Origin: Mycoplasma mycoides subsp. capri
Lineage (GTDB): Bacteria > Bacillota_I > Bacilli_A > Mycoplasmatales > Mycoplasmataceae
Direction of reading: 5' to 3'
Assembly (NCBI RefSeq): GCF_018389705.1
Contig: NZ_CP065581.1
Location: forward strand, 450,001-482,000
Length of the DNA: 32,000 nt
Both the position numbers and the translations under genes were made by a program. Below the pieces are notes generated by a model. That model made no database searches and was not told the origin of the DNA. It saw nothing but the letters and a program-made list of their open reading frames with translations. Below, one piece after another: positions 1-10,000 of this stretch (position 1 is its first letter; each line of letters begins with the position of its first letter).

Positions 1-813
1 TGTATTAGTGTTAATAATCAAATTATTACTAATAATAATTTTGTAGTTAAACCAAATTCTGAAATCACAATTACTATAAAAGATCCTATTTTAGATCCAA
101 ATTTAGTTAAAAATGATGAGATTGATTTAGATATTATTTATCAAGATGATGATTTATTAGTGATTAATAAACAAAATAATATTACAGTTCATCCAAGTTT
201 AAATAATACAAATAATACAATTGTTAATGCTTTATTAGCAAGTGATGTTGAACTTTCATCAATTAATGGTGAACTACGCCCTGGAATTGTGCATAGAATT
301 GATAAACAAACAACAGGTTTATTAATTGTTGCAAAAAATGATAAAACTCATAAATTATTAAGTGAAATGTTTAAAAATCATCAAATTTATAAAGAATATT
401 TAGCAATTGTCACTGGAGTAATTAAACCAAATAAAGGTTTAATTGATGCTCCAATTGGTAGAAGTCAAATTGATCGTAAAAAAATGAGTGTAACAGCTAA
501 AAATTCAAAACAAGCGATTACAACTTTTGAAGTAGTTGAACGATTTTTAAAAAATACTTTAGTTAAATGTCAGATTCAAACTGGAAGAACTCATCAAATT
601 AGAGTACATTTTAACTATATTAATCACCCCGTTTTAAATGATCCAGTTTATGGTAAAAAACACCAAGAATTTACTGATTTTGGTCAATATCTTCATGCTT
701 ATAAATTAAAGTTTACTCATCCAATTACAAAAAAAGAAATTGAATTAATATCACCTCTTCCTAAAGAATTTGATGATAAAATTAAAGAATTAAGGGGTGA
801 AAATAATGACTAA
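1..813 (+). CDS. rluD: RluD/RsuA-type 23S rRNA pseudouridine synthase, 5' truncated by window edge
   Basis: Frame is open from base 1; contains DIIYQDDDLLVINKQNNITVHP, the catalytic motif GIVHRIDKQTTGLLIVAK and GRTHQIRVH; TAA at 811-813. Confidence 0.93.
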   Translation, partial: CISVNNQIITNNNFVVKPNSEITITIKDPILDPNLVKNDEIDLDIIYQDDDLLVINKQNNITVHPSLNNTNNTIVNALLASDVELSSINGELRPGIVHRIDKQTTGLLIVAKNDKTHKLLSEMFKNHQIYKEYLAIVTGVIKPNKGLIDAPIGRSQIDRKKMSVTAKNSKQAITTFEVVERFLKNTLVKCQIQTGRTHQIRVHFNYINHPVLNDPVYGKKHQEFTDFGQYLHAYKLKFTHPITKKEIELISPLPKEFDDKIKELRGENND

Positions 814-2107
814 TTCTTCTACTAGTGATAAAAAGACTTTAGAAAACTTTTTTATTAAGAACTTTAAGTATAAGTTATTAAAATCTAAAGTTAATTCTAG
901 TGTAAGTTATTTATATAGTTCTAATGAAAAACACCAAGTGATTATTTTAAATTTTGATAATAGTATTTCATTTGAAAAAGAAAAAGAATATATTATTAAA
1001 AAAGTTGAAAAACAAATAAAAAAACCTGTGAGTGTTTTTCATATTGTAATTGATAATGATAATCAACTAACTACAAAATCTAATTTAATTGTTTTACACT
1101 CTTCAATACAAACTCTAGCTACTGATTTAGAGCCATATTTTAAAAATACTAATTTATTAGTTTTTAATCACACAATTGATAATGAACTAAAAGATGATAA
1201 ACAACCTAGTGAAGAAACTAATAATAAATTATTTACAAGCTTTTTAGAAAACGTTAAAAATAATAAAATTACATTTTCTTGAGCAGTATTATTAATTCTA
1301 ATTTTAATTCCTAGTATGTTACAAATTGTTGGGTATTTTATTTTAGAAACTAATCCAAACAGTAAAAATGTTTTAATTTTAGCTTTTGGTGGAACTAATT
1401 GAAATTTAACAATTGTTGGAAAACAGTGATGAAGAATCTTTACTTATGGAATTGCTCCAATTAAACAAAATGGATTAATTGTTGATATTTTAAGTTTATT
1501 AATTTTAGGAACTAGTTTTTTTAGCATTTCAAAAATTACTGAAATCCAATTAGCAAATACTAAAAAACTAATTTTAGTTACAATATTAAGTTATTTAATT
1601 TTAGGATTATTTTCAAGTAGTGTCTTACCAACAATTTATACTGGTGGACTAATTAGTACAATGGGAATATTTATTGGTGTTTTACTAATTGATGTTTCTG
1701 GTTCAACTACTCCTATGGCTAAATTTAGTCAAGCTAAAACTGTAGTTTATATTTTAATTTTAATTGGATTTTCATTCTTTTTAGGTGATGGTTGAACTGG
1801 GTTATTAATTACTGGAACAGCTGTTATATTAGGAAGTGCTTTTTGAGGAATATTAAAAGTTAATATAAAAGAATGAGCTTGAATTCAATATGTTCATATT
1901 TTTTTAATCTTAGCAATTTTAGCTATTAGTTTAACTTTTATTTTCTTACCTCATCTAACTCCTGCTTTAGATCAACATATCTTAATAACTCTTTCAACTT
2001 ATTATAAAAAAGGTTGATTTAGTATTAATAGTTTAAATAAAATAGTGAATAATATCGGTTGAGATGGTCAATTTAATCAATTTGGAAAGTTTATTACTAA
2101 TTTTTAG
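806..2107 (+). CDS. Multi-pass membrane protein with soluble N-terminal domain; possibly degenerate rhomboid-like
   Basis: ATG at 806 overlaps the upstream stop; reading TGA=Trp gives one 433-aa frame to TAG 2105-2107; N-terminal ~150 aa hydrophilic, then multiple TM segments; NWNLTIVGKQWWRIFTYGIAP resembles the rhomboid L1/TM2 region. Confidence 0.8.
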
Positions 2108-2109
2108 AT

Positions 2110-2592
2110 ATGAGTAAAAGATTAGATTATTTATCTTGACAACACTATTTTATGTTAATAGCAAAAGCTAGTGCTATGAGAAGTAAAGATCCAAATACTC
2201 AAGTTGGAGCTATTGTTGTTAATGAATTACAACAAATTGTAGCAACTGGATATAATGGTTTTCCACGTGGAGTGAGTGATGATGAGTTTCCATGATCAAA
2301 AAATAATGAAGATTGATTAGAAAACAAATATGCTTATGTTGCTCATGCTGAATTAAATGCAATTGTAAGTAGTAGATCTGATTTAAGTAATTGTGATTTA
2401 TATGTTACTTTATTTCCATGTAATGAATGTGCTAAGATCATTATTCAAGCTGGAATTAAAAGAATATATTATGCAAATGATCCATATCATGATAAAAAAG
2501 AATTTATAGCGTCAAAAAAAATGTTAGATGCTGTTAATATTAAATATATAAAATTACCAGATATTGAAATTAGTCTTAAAGTAAAAGATTAA
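2110..2592 (+). CDS. comEB: dCMP/cytidine deaminase family (ComEB-like)
   Basis: [37 protein letters not shown]...HAELNAIV...LFPCNECAKIIIQAGI zinc-binding motifs HAE and PCxxC; 160 aa with TGA=Trp. Confidence 0.92.
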
Positions 2593-2632
2593 TTTTTATA
2601 TCTTTTTTATTGAAAAGAAAGCATTGTTATTT

Positions 2633-3712
2633 ATGAAAAAACTATTATTTTTACTATCAAATAGTGTGCTATTTTGCTTAGGTGCATTATTAATTTATAA
2701 TTTAAATTTTCAAAATAATAGTAATAATATTGTTTTAAAACAAGAAAATAAACAAGAAACTGACTTAAGTAAAATATTTAATGATCAAACATATATATCA
2801 ATTAAAAACAAAGATCAAAATATTGATTCACAAGTTTTAGAAGCTTTAAAATTAAAGTATGAAGGTATTGATTATTCTTTATTAACTATTAATGTTGAAG
2901 TTAGTGATAATGATAGAATAGATGTTTTAATAACACCTAAACATGGTGAAAGCAAATATACTAATAAATCAAAAATCCCTTGTTATATAAAAAAAGATTT
3001 AAGTGTTATTTTAAAAGATAATAATGATTTAGGTGAAATTCCAATTAATAATGTTGATGAAATAAAAAAACATATCAAAAATAAAGACTTATTAAAAACT
3101 AGTTTTAATGATATTGATTTTTATATAACTAATATTAGAGAAGATAGTGTAAAAATTTCAGCAACTAGAATTGGAGATTTTGTTGGAGAAGCTTTTCTTA
3201 AATTTAATGCTAAACAAAAAATTTTAAGTTCAGCTATTTATAAACCTGTTTTAGAATTAAAAAATCTAGAAAAAGATTTTATAGTGAATATATTAAAAGA
3301 TACCTATTCATCTTTAAGAAATGAAAATCTAGATATAACTATTGATCAAGAAAAAAGAAAAATAATAGTTAAAACTATTGATAGTTCTCAGTTTGTAGGA
3401 ACTGTTACTTTAAAATTTAATATAACTAAATCAATAACAAATAAACCAGTTGAACCCAAAACAACAATTATTGACTCTAATTCAACTAATTTAAAAACAG
3501 AATCTAAAAAATCAGAAGATAAAAGTGACAATAATTTTATAAAAAATAACAATACTTTAATTTCTATTCCAAATAAAGACTCAATTAAAAATAATAAGAA
3601 TTTAAATTCATCAAATAAAGTTACTGGTGTTATAATAGGTTCAGCTTTAGGGGTTGTTGTGTTAATTGGTATTAGTGTTGGATCTTGATTTTATTTTAAA
3701 AAGCGAAAATAA
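2633..3712 (+). CDS. Membrane-anchored surface protein, N-terminal signal/TM and C-terminal TM, mycoides-type lipoprotein-associated repeat-like domains
   Basis: N-term MKKLLFLLSNSVLFCLGALLIYNL; C-term VIIGSALGVVVLIGISVGSWFYFKKRK reached through a TGA codon; TAA at 3710-3712. Confidence 0.75.
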
Positions 3713-3731
3713 ATAAATAATAGGTAATATT

Positions 3732-4064
3732 ATGATTAATAATGTTGGTATAGATATAGTTGAAAATAAAAGAATTAAACTAAAAAAAGAATTTATTATT
3801 AAAGTGTTATCAACAAATGAAATTCAAACATTTAATACTAAAACTAAAAAACAAAAAAAAGAATTTTTAGCTGGACGTTGAGCTGTTAAAGAAGCGATTA
3901 TTAAAACTTTAGATCAAGCGATTAGTATGAATAAAATAGATATTGAATATGTTAATCAAAAACCTGTAATTCAAAATAAGGAATTACAAAATATCTTAAT
4001 TTCTATTTCTCATGAAAAAAAGTATGCTATTGGAATTGCACTAAAACAATCTGATAACAAATAA
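3732..4064 (+). CDS. acpS: Holo-[acyl-carrier-protein] synthase
   Basis: Starts MINNVGIDIVENKRIK; FLAGRWAVKEAIIK matches the AcpS WAxKEA motif; 110 aa. Confidence 0.88.
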
Positions 4065-4220
4065 GATATAAATTAAAACATTTTCTAATAAGCAAATAAA
4101 TATGTATATAAGAGAATATTCTAGTAAAATAATTGATGATAAAATTATTTATAGAGTATTCTTTTATTTTATAAATCTGAGTAAATAAAGATTAAGATAA
4201 AATAGCATTTAATAGAAAGA

Positions 4221-5027
4221 ATGAATAAAATGAATCAAGTTAATAGTATGCAAGAACCAATATCACAAAACAACAAAGAACAAGAAAAAAAAATTAAAGA
4301 TCATATTCATGTTAATCATTGAAAAATGTTATTTATGTGATTGCCTTTATTACATATTAAATTTAAAGCAGCAAAAATTGTAAGAAAAAATAAAAAACAA
4401 CCAGATAGATATACTGAAGAATATAGATATAATTGAGTTAAAAAAGCTGTTAGCAAGTTATTATATGTTTTAGATGTCAATATAAAAGTAGAAGGTATTG
4501 AAAATTGAATTGATAAAGGAGTAATTTTAGCTGCTAATCATCAATCAAATATTGATCCAGCTATTTTATTTGCTATTAATGATTTTTCAAAACAACAACC
4601 TTTAGCTTTTATTGCAAAAGAAGAGCTTTGAACAAGTAAAAAATTTAAAAATTTTGTTAGATTAATTGACTGTATACCTTTAAATAGAAAAAGTCCTAGA
4701 AGCGCTTTAGAAGCATTTAAAGAAGCAAAAGATTTAATTGTTGATTACAAACGTTCTTTAGTAATTTTTCCAGAAGGTACTAGAAGTCATTCTCAACAAA
4801 TGAATAGTTTTCAAGCAGCTTCATTAAAAGTTGCACAAATGTCTCATGCTCCTATTATTCCTGTTTCAATTATTAATTCATATCAAGTATTTGCTGAAAA
4901 AAGACCTAAAAAAGTTGAAGTTAAAGTGGTTTTTGGTAAACCTATTTCACCAAATAAACATATTTCTTTAAAAACTGAAGATCTAACTAGATTTGTTGAA
5001 AAAATTGTTGATACAAATCTAAAATAA
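4221..5027 (+). CDS. plsC: 1-acyl-sn-glycerol-3-phosphate acyltransferase
   Basis: AANHQSNIDPAILF (NHx4D) and FPEGTRS motifs; TGA=Trp joins the frame to TAA 5025-5027. Confidence 0.92.
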
Positions 5028-5042
5028 TGAGAAAACAAAGAA

Positions 5043-5168
5043 ATGAAATATGAGTTAAGAAAATTAACTAAAAAAGATATTAAACAACTTAAAGAAGAAG
5101 AAAAAAAACAAAATTCTAAAAAACAAGAAAAAAAATCAATTAAAGATCTATTTAAAATTGTTGATTAA
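5043..5168 (+). CDS. Small basic/charged hypothetical protein (41 aa)
   Basis: MKYELRKLTKKDIKQLKEEEKKQNSKKQEKKSIKDLFKIVD between plsC and the 5218 ORF. Confidence 0.45.
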   Translation: MKYELRKLTKKDIKQLKEEEKKQNSKKQEKKSIKDLFKIVD

Positions 5169-5217
5169 TCAACAATTTTGTTATTTTATAATTTAATATT
5201 AGAAAAGAAGTGATTTT

Positions 5218-5841
5218 ATGAAACTAAATGATAAGTTAAAGAATTTTTTTAATAATATTAAATCTTATTTTACAACTAAAGAAAAAATTATTGTTAAAAA
5301 CAAACCTAAACCAATAGAAACTAAAACTGAAAATAATAACAATAATTTAGATAATAATTCTCAATTCCATCATGATATTTCTAATAATAAAGAATATATT
5401 GATAAAAGAGCTACATTAGATTCTCAAAATGAATTTATATTAAAAGTAATCTCAAATAAAGCTGAATTTTTAGAACAATTAGTAGATATTAAAAATACTT
5501 TTAAGCATTGTGAAGATTGTTTGGATATTTATAAAAAAAATCTTGATGATATGAAATTAAAGATTTTAAGATTAAAAAAACATATTGATAATAATTATGG
5601 TTTTTTAGGTGATGAAAAAGAATATCAAAACTATGTTTTTATAGATGATGTTCAAACTTATTCGCAAACTGATGAATCAGCTGGATTAAAATTAGTACAT
5701 AAATTAGAAGATCATTTTAATAAATATTCTAATTATGATATTGATTATTTTATTCCTTGTAATAAGCATAAAGACTTAATTGATAAATACAAAATACTAT
5801 CAATTAAAATCAAAGATTTAGACAAAATCATTTCAAATTAA
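5218..5841 (+). CDS. Hypothetical coiled-coil protein
   Basis: 207-aa ORF, ribosome-binding site-like gaaaagaag upstream; charged/helical composition. Confidence 0.7.
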   Translation: MKLNDKLKNFFNNIKSYFTTKEKIIVKNKPKPIETKTENNNNNLDNNSQFHHDISNNKEYIDKRATLDSQNEFILKVISNKAEFLEQLVDIKNTFKHCEDCLDIYKKNLDDMKLKILRLKKHIDNNYGFLGDEKEYQNYVFIDDVQTYSQTDESAGLKLVHKLEDHFNKYSNYDIDYFIPCNKHKDLIDKYKILSIKIKDLDKIISN

Positions 5842-5967
5842 TTACTGATCTTTTCTTAAATTCGCACTTCTATTAAAAAAAATTCATTTTTTATGTAAAC
5901 TATTGAAATATGTTATAAATGATATAAAATTATTTGTGTCTTGTGTTAGAGGAAGCGAATTTATCTT

Positions 5968-6043
5968 GCTGACTTAGCTCAGTTGGTAGAGCAATTGACT
6001 AGTAATCAATAGGTCGAAGGTTCAAATCCTTTAGTCAGCACCA
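5968..6043 (+). tRNA. tRNA-Thr (anticodon AGT), CCA encoded
   Basis: Acceptor GCTGACT/AGTCAGC, loop CTAGTAA, T-arm GGTTCAAAT, 3' ACCA. Confidence 0.93.
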
Positions 6044-6049
6044 GTTATT

Positions 6050-6133
6050 GGAGGGGTAGCGAAGTGGCTAAACGCGGGTGGCTGTAACCCACTTCCTTAC
6101 GGTTCGGGGGTTCGAATCCCTCCCCCTCCACCA
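6050..6133 (+). tRNA. tRNA-Tyr (GTA), CCA encoded
   Basis: Acceptor GGAGGGG/CCCCTCC, loop CTGTAAC, long variable arm, GGTTCGAAT. Confidence 0.93.
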
Positions 6134-6138
6134 TTTAT

Positions 6139-6213
6139 TGGGCTATAGCCAAGCGGTAAGGCAAGGGACTTTGACTCCCTCATGCGCCGGTTCGAATCCT
6201 GCTAGCCCAACCA
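6139..6213 (+). tRNA. tRNA-Gln (TTG), CCA encoded
   Basis: Acceptor TGGGCTA/TAGCCCA, loop CTTTGAC. Confidence 0.93.
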
Positions 6214-6217
6214 TCTT

Positions 6218-6293
<76 letters not shown>

Positions 6294-6303
6294 TTTCTAT
6301 TTT

Positions 6304-6392
6304 CCCCAAGTGGCGGAATAGGTAGACGCATTGGACTTAAAATCCAACGGGCTTAATATCCTGTGCCGGTTCAAGTCCGGCCTTGGGGACCA
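6304..6392 (+). tRNA. tRNA-Leu (TAA), CCA encoded
   Basis: Acceptor CCCCAAG/CTTGGGG, loop CTTAAAA, long variable arm. Confidence 0.92.
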
Positions 6393-6403
6393 TATTTGAA
6401 ATT

Positions 6404-6430
6404 AAACATGTCTTAAAAAGACATGTTTTT
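6404..6430 (+). terminator. Rho-independent terminator of tRNA operon
   Basis: aaacatgtctt aaaa agacatgtttttttt. Confidence 0.88.
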
Positions 6431-6453
6431 TTGTATTTGACAACTATTTTTAG

Positions 6454-6481
6454 ATAAAAAAAATGAACTTAAAAGTTCATT
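6454..6481 (-). terminator. Terminator for the minus-strand lipoprotein gene
   Basis: aatgaactt aa aagttcatt with a poly-A tract on + (U tract on - transcript). Confidence 0.8.
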
Positions 6482-6483
6482 TA

Positions 6484-7548
6484 TTATTTTGCAGGAGCTG
6501 GAGCGGGAGCGGCTGGAGCAGGAGTAGGAGTTGGCGTAGGTTGTGGTGCTGGTGCTGGACTTGGAGTAGGTTTTTCTTCTTTTGCCTTTTCTTTTTCGTC
6601 TTTATTATTCTTTTTATCGTCTTTTTTATTTTCTACTTTATCTGTTCCTTGGTATTTTCATTCAGTTTTAGGAGTAATCATTGGATCTGAATCTTGTAAA
6701 AGTTTAACTACATCATACATTTCAATAGCTTGTTTTAAATAGCTTATTCATTGATCATAAGTATTTTTTCTAATATCTGAACCATTAGGATAATTATCTA
6801 TTGTTTTAGTAGCGTTTTTTTGATCTTGTTTACTAAAAGTTTCAAAACCACTTACAATTCCATAAAACATCTTATCTCTTAAAACTAAAAATATTGGTCC
6901 TTTTAGATTTTTAACTTTATCTTGTAATTTTTCTACTTTTTCAGTTACTGTATTATCATTTTTATTAAAACTTGAACTAGTTTCACCATAAAATGCTTTA
7001 GCTCAGTTTTTAACAAGATATTCATTTAGTATTTTAGAAGTTAAACCTTTAGTTCATATTTCATCATCTGAATCATATTTAAAGTTTTTAATCACAACAT
7101 CATTTGTCATGTTTTTAAAGATTTGTTTAGAATTTGATGAAGTCTTTTGATCAATTATTCATCTTTCTTTTTTAGTTTTACTGTTTTTGTCTTTTTTAAC
7201 CTCAACATCATTTAAAACTTTTGTGTGATTATTTGTACTATTTCAGCTTAAATTACTTTTAAATTTATAAATAAAACTTGTAGCATCATTTGTACTAGTT
7301 TCATTAATATTTTTAATAGCTTGTTCTAATGAATTAGTTTTAGTTAATTCTTCTAATCCTTGTTCAAATGATTTTGCTGATTTATTATCACTAGCTCCTA
7401 AATAAAGGATCATAGTTTTATTTTCAGATTGATTAATTAGGTTTTCAAATTCTTGAAATTGTTTATCTGTTGTTTTACAACTTATAGCAAAACTAGCACT
7501 TGTTGTAATAACAAAACTGCAAGCTAATAACGATAGAAGTTTTTTCAT
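6484..7548 (-). CDS. Prolipoprotein with Pro/Ala/Thr-rich C-terminal tail
   Basis: MKKLLSLLACSFVITTSASFAISCKTTDK lipobox; TGA=Trp joins to TAA at 6484-6486; C-term KPTPSPAPAPQPTPTPTPAPAAPAPAPAK; 354 aa. Confidence 0.88.
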
Positions 7549-7720
7549 TGTAATACTCCTTTGTCTACAAAAATAATTTTACTATAATTCATTTAATTTT
7601 TAGTTTTAAATTAGGATATAAAATTAATAAACTCTTAAAAAACTTGAAAACCTGTTTTGAAATTGGTAATATTTTATAAGTGTTATAAAAGTTTGATATG
7701 TGTGAAAGGTGGTAGTTAAG

Positions 7721-7864
7721 ATGCGTGAAAAATACATTTTACGTTGTACAGTTTGTAAAAATGAAAACTACATCGGTAAGAATGATAAAAAGAAACCTAA
7801 AATAGAAGTTTCTAAATACTGCAGTAATTGTAATAAACATGAAACCCACAAGCAAAAAAAATAG
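7721..7864 (+). CDS. rpmG: 50S ribosomal protein L33
   Basis: [47 protein letters not shown] with two CxxC motifs. Confidence 0.93.
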   Translation: MREKYILRCTVCKNENYIGKNDKKKPKIEVSKYCSNCNKHETHKQKK

Positions 7865-7882
7865 TCTTATGACTATTTTTTT
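7855..7882 (+). terminator. Terminator overlapping the rpmG stop codon
   Basis: aaaaaatagtc ttat gactattttttt. Confidence 0.78.
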
Positions 7883-7923
7883 ATTTATTCAATTTAAAAT
7901 AAAAATAAGGATTTTAAAATTTT

Positions 7924-8811
7924 ATGATTATTCAAAAAACTTATAAAAATAACAAACCAACAGTTTATTTAATTACAACTCCAATAGGAAATTTAGAAGA
8001 TATTAGTTTAAGAGCAATTCAAACTTTAAAACAAGTTGATGTTATTTGTTGTGAAGATACAAGAACTAGTAAAGTTTTACTAGATAAATATCAGATTACT
8101 AATAATTTATTATCACTACATAAATTTAATGAAAATTTAAGAATTGAACAAATTATTAATTTATTAAATCAAAATAAAAATATTGCAATTATAAGTGATG
8201 CCGGTGTTCCTATTATTAGTGATCCTGCAAGTTATATTATTAATCAATTAAAAGAATTAGAAATTAATTGTAATATTACAGCAATTGGAGCTGGATCTGC
8301 TTATATTCATGCTTTAATTTCTAGTGGCTTTTTAATTGATAGTCATTATTTTTATGGGTTTTTAAAAAATAAAAATAAAATTAGTAAACAAAATGAATTA
8401 AATCAATTAATTAATCAGTATGGTGATTCAATTATTTGTTTGTATGAATCAGTACATCGTTTAAAAGATACTATTACTTGTTTAAATCAGTTATTAGATA
8501 AAAATCATAAAATAGTTATAGCTAAAGAATTAACTAAAATTAATGAAGAAATAATTTATGGATCTATTGATCAAATTAATCAATATATTAATAGTGAAGA
8601 ATTTGTTTTAAAAGGTGAATTTGTAATAGTAATTAATAAAAAAATAAATAACAAAACTACTACTTATTCAGATATACAATTAATAGATTTAATTGATCAA
8701 GAAATTAAAAATGGTTATAAATTAAAACAAGCTTGTGAAATTATTAATTTAAAAACTAAAATTTCAAAAAATGTTTTATATAAACTGTATACTTTTAAAA
8801 AAAAATTCTAA
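7924..8811 (+). CDS. rsmI: 16S rRNA (cytidine(1402)-2'-O)-methyltransferase
   Basis: VYLITTPIGNLEDISLRAIQTLKQVDVICCEDTRTSKVLL, ISDAGVPIISDP motifs. Confidence 0.95.
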   Translation: MIIQKTYKNNKPTVYLITTPIGNLEDISLRAIQTLKQVDVICCEDTRTSKVLLDKYQITNNLLSLHKFNENLRIEQIINLLNQNKNIAIISDAGVPIISDPASYIINQLKELEINCNITAIGAGSAYIHALISSGFLIDSHYFYGFLKNKNKISKQNELNQLINQYGDSIICLYESVHRLKDTITCLNQLLDKNHKIVIAKELTKINEEIIYGSIDQINQYINSEEFVLKGEFVIVINKKINNKTTTYSDIQLIDLIDQEIKNGYKLKQACEIINLKTKISKNVLYKLYTFKKKF

Positions 8812-8833
8812 TACCTTAATAGGAGGTATTATT

Positions 8834-9235
8834 ATGAAAGAAATTAATTTAGAAAATACAAAAGAAATTATTGGTGGAGCTGGAGTTAGTGGAGCATTAA
8901 TTAATGGAATTGCTAAAGTTGTTGAATCAGGATTTGAAGGAGTAAGTAATCTTATAACTGATATTGCAAGCGTTGGTTTTGCTTTTTATCAAGCTAGTAA
9001 AAATCCAATAAAAGCTGAATATAAAATCGGAAATAATAGTTTTAAAATTGATAATACAAAACTAGTTGATTTAAAAATTCAACAAGCTAAAGCTCAAGAA
9101 ATTAAAATTCCAGTTTTAGAAATCGGAAATAATAAAAACAATATTAAAATTAATTATAATGATGCTTATAATAATGATGAACAGATAAGTAATATTTATA
9201 ATGATTTTGATCAAAACATTAGTATTTTTAATTAA
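8834..9235 (+). CDS. Putative double-glycine-leader peptide / bacteriocin-like precursor, 133 aa
   Basis: AGGAGG at 8821, ATG at 8834; MKEINLENTKEIIGGAGVSGALINGIAKVVESGFEGVSNLITDIASVGFAFYQASKNP... then hydrophilic tail. Confidence 0.6.
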   Translation: MKEINLENTKEIIGGAGVSGALINGIAKVVESGFEGVSNLITDIASVGFAFYQASKNPIKAEYKIGNNSFKIDNTKLVDLKIQQAKAQEIKIPVLEIGNNKNNIKINYNDAYNNDEQISNIYNDFDQNISIFN

Positions 9236-9309
9236 TTAAAAGCTTTTTAGTAGTTATCTTGTTTTATTAAGTTTGTTATAGTAATATATAAATGTTGAAA
9301 AAAAGTTTC

Positions 9310-9376
9310 AACCGCTCTTTTGTATGTTCTAAAGCAGTATATCTCACGTACATAGGCGAGTCTAGACTGGAGGAAA
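9310..9376 (+). promoter_or_regulatory. Candidate ribosomal-protein L21 leader (cis-regulatory RNA)
   Basis: Comparatively GC-rich non-coding block accgctc...gtatatctcacg...ggcgagtctagactggagg directly upstream of rplU, reminiscent of the Firmicute L21 leader. Confidence 0.6.
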
Positions 9377-9379
9377 ATA

Positions 9380-9682
9380 ATGTTTGCAATCATCAAGACT
9401 GGTGGAAAACAAGTTAAAGTTGAACCAGGTCAAGAAATTTTTATTGAAAAAATCAAAGGTGAAGTTAATGACAAAGTTACATTTGATGAAATTTTAATGA
9501 TTGATGGTCAAATTGGAACACCAACTGTAGTTGGAGCTAAAGTTTTAGGAACTATCATCAAACAAGGTAAAGCAAAAAAAATCCGTGTTATAAGATATCA
9601 TCCAAAGAAAAATGTAAATAAAATTTATGGTCATAGACAACCTTATACAAAAGTAAAAATTGATGAAATTAGTGCTAAGTAA
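9380..9682 (+). CDS. rplU: 50S ribosomal protein L21
   Basis: MFAIIKTGGKQVKVEPGQEIFIEKI...RYHPKKNVNKIYGHRQPYTKVKI. Confidence 0.96.
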   Translation: MFAIIKTGGKQVKVEPGQEIFIEKIKGEVNDKVTFDEILMIDGQIGTPTVVGAKVLGTIIKQGKAKKIRVIRYHPKKNVNKIYGHRQPYTKVKIDEISAK

Positions 9683-9684
9683 TT

Positions 9685-9999
9685 ATGGTAGATATCATAA
9701 TTAATTATAAAAATAATAAGATAATTCAATTTCAAATGAAAGGTCACGCTAATAGTGATGAATATGGTAAAGATTTAGTTTGTGCTGGTCTTACTGCTAT
9801 TGTTAGTGGCGCTTTAAATGCAATTGATTCTTATTATAAAAATGATGTAGATATTGAAGTTTTAAAAAATAAAATAACAATAATTGTAAAACAAGAAAAT
9901 AATAATAACTTACAACTAATGTTAGATATGTTAAAAATACAAATACAAACTATAACTATTCAATATCCTAAAAATGCAAGAATAAAGGAGGTGTCTTAG
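9685..9999 (+). CDS. prp: Ribosomal-processing cysteine protease Prp
   Basis: [28 protein letters not shown] contains the conserved catalytic His and Cys motifs; located between L21 and L27. Confidence 0.93.
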
Positions 10000-10000
10000 A

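Noticed and set aside
6463-6690. 75-aa plus-strand ORF (MNLKVHLLFCRSWSGSG...)
   Set aside because: Antisense of the Pro/Ala-rich lipoprotein tail; compositional artefact.
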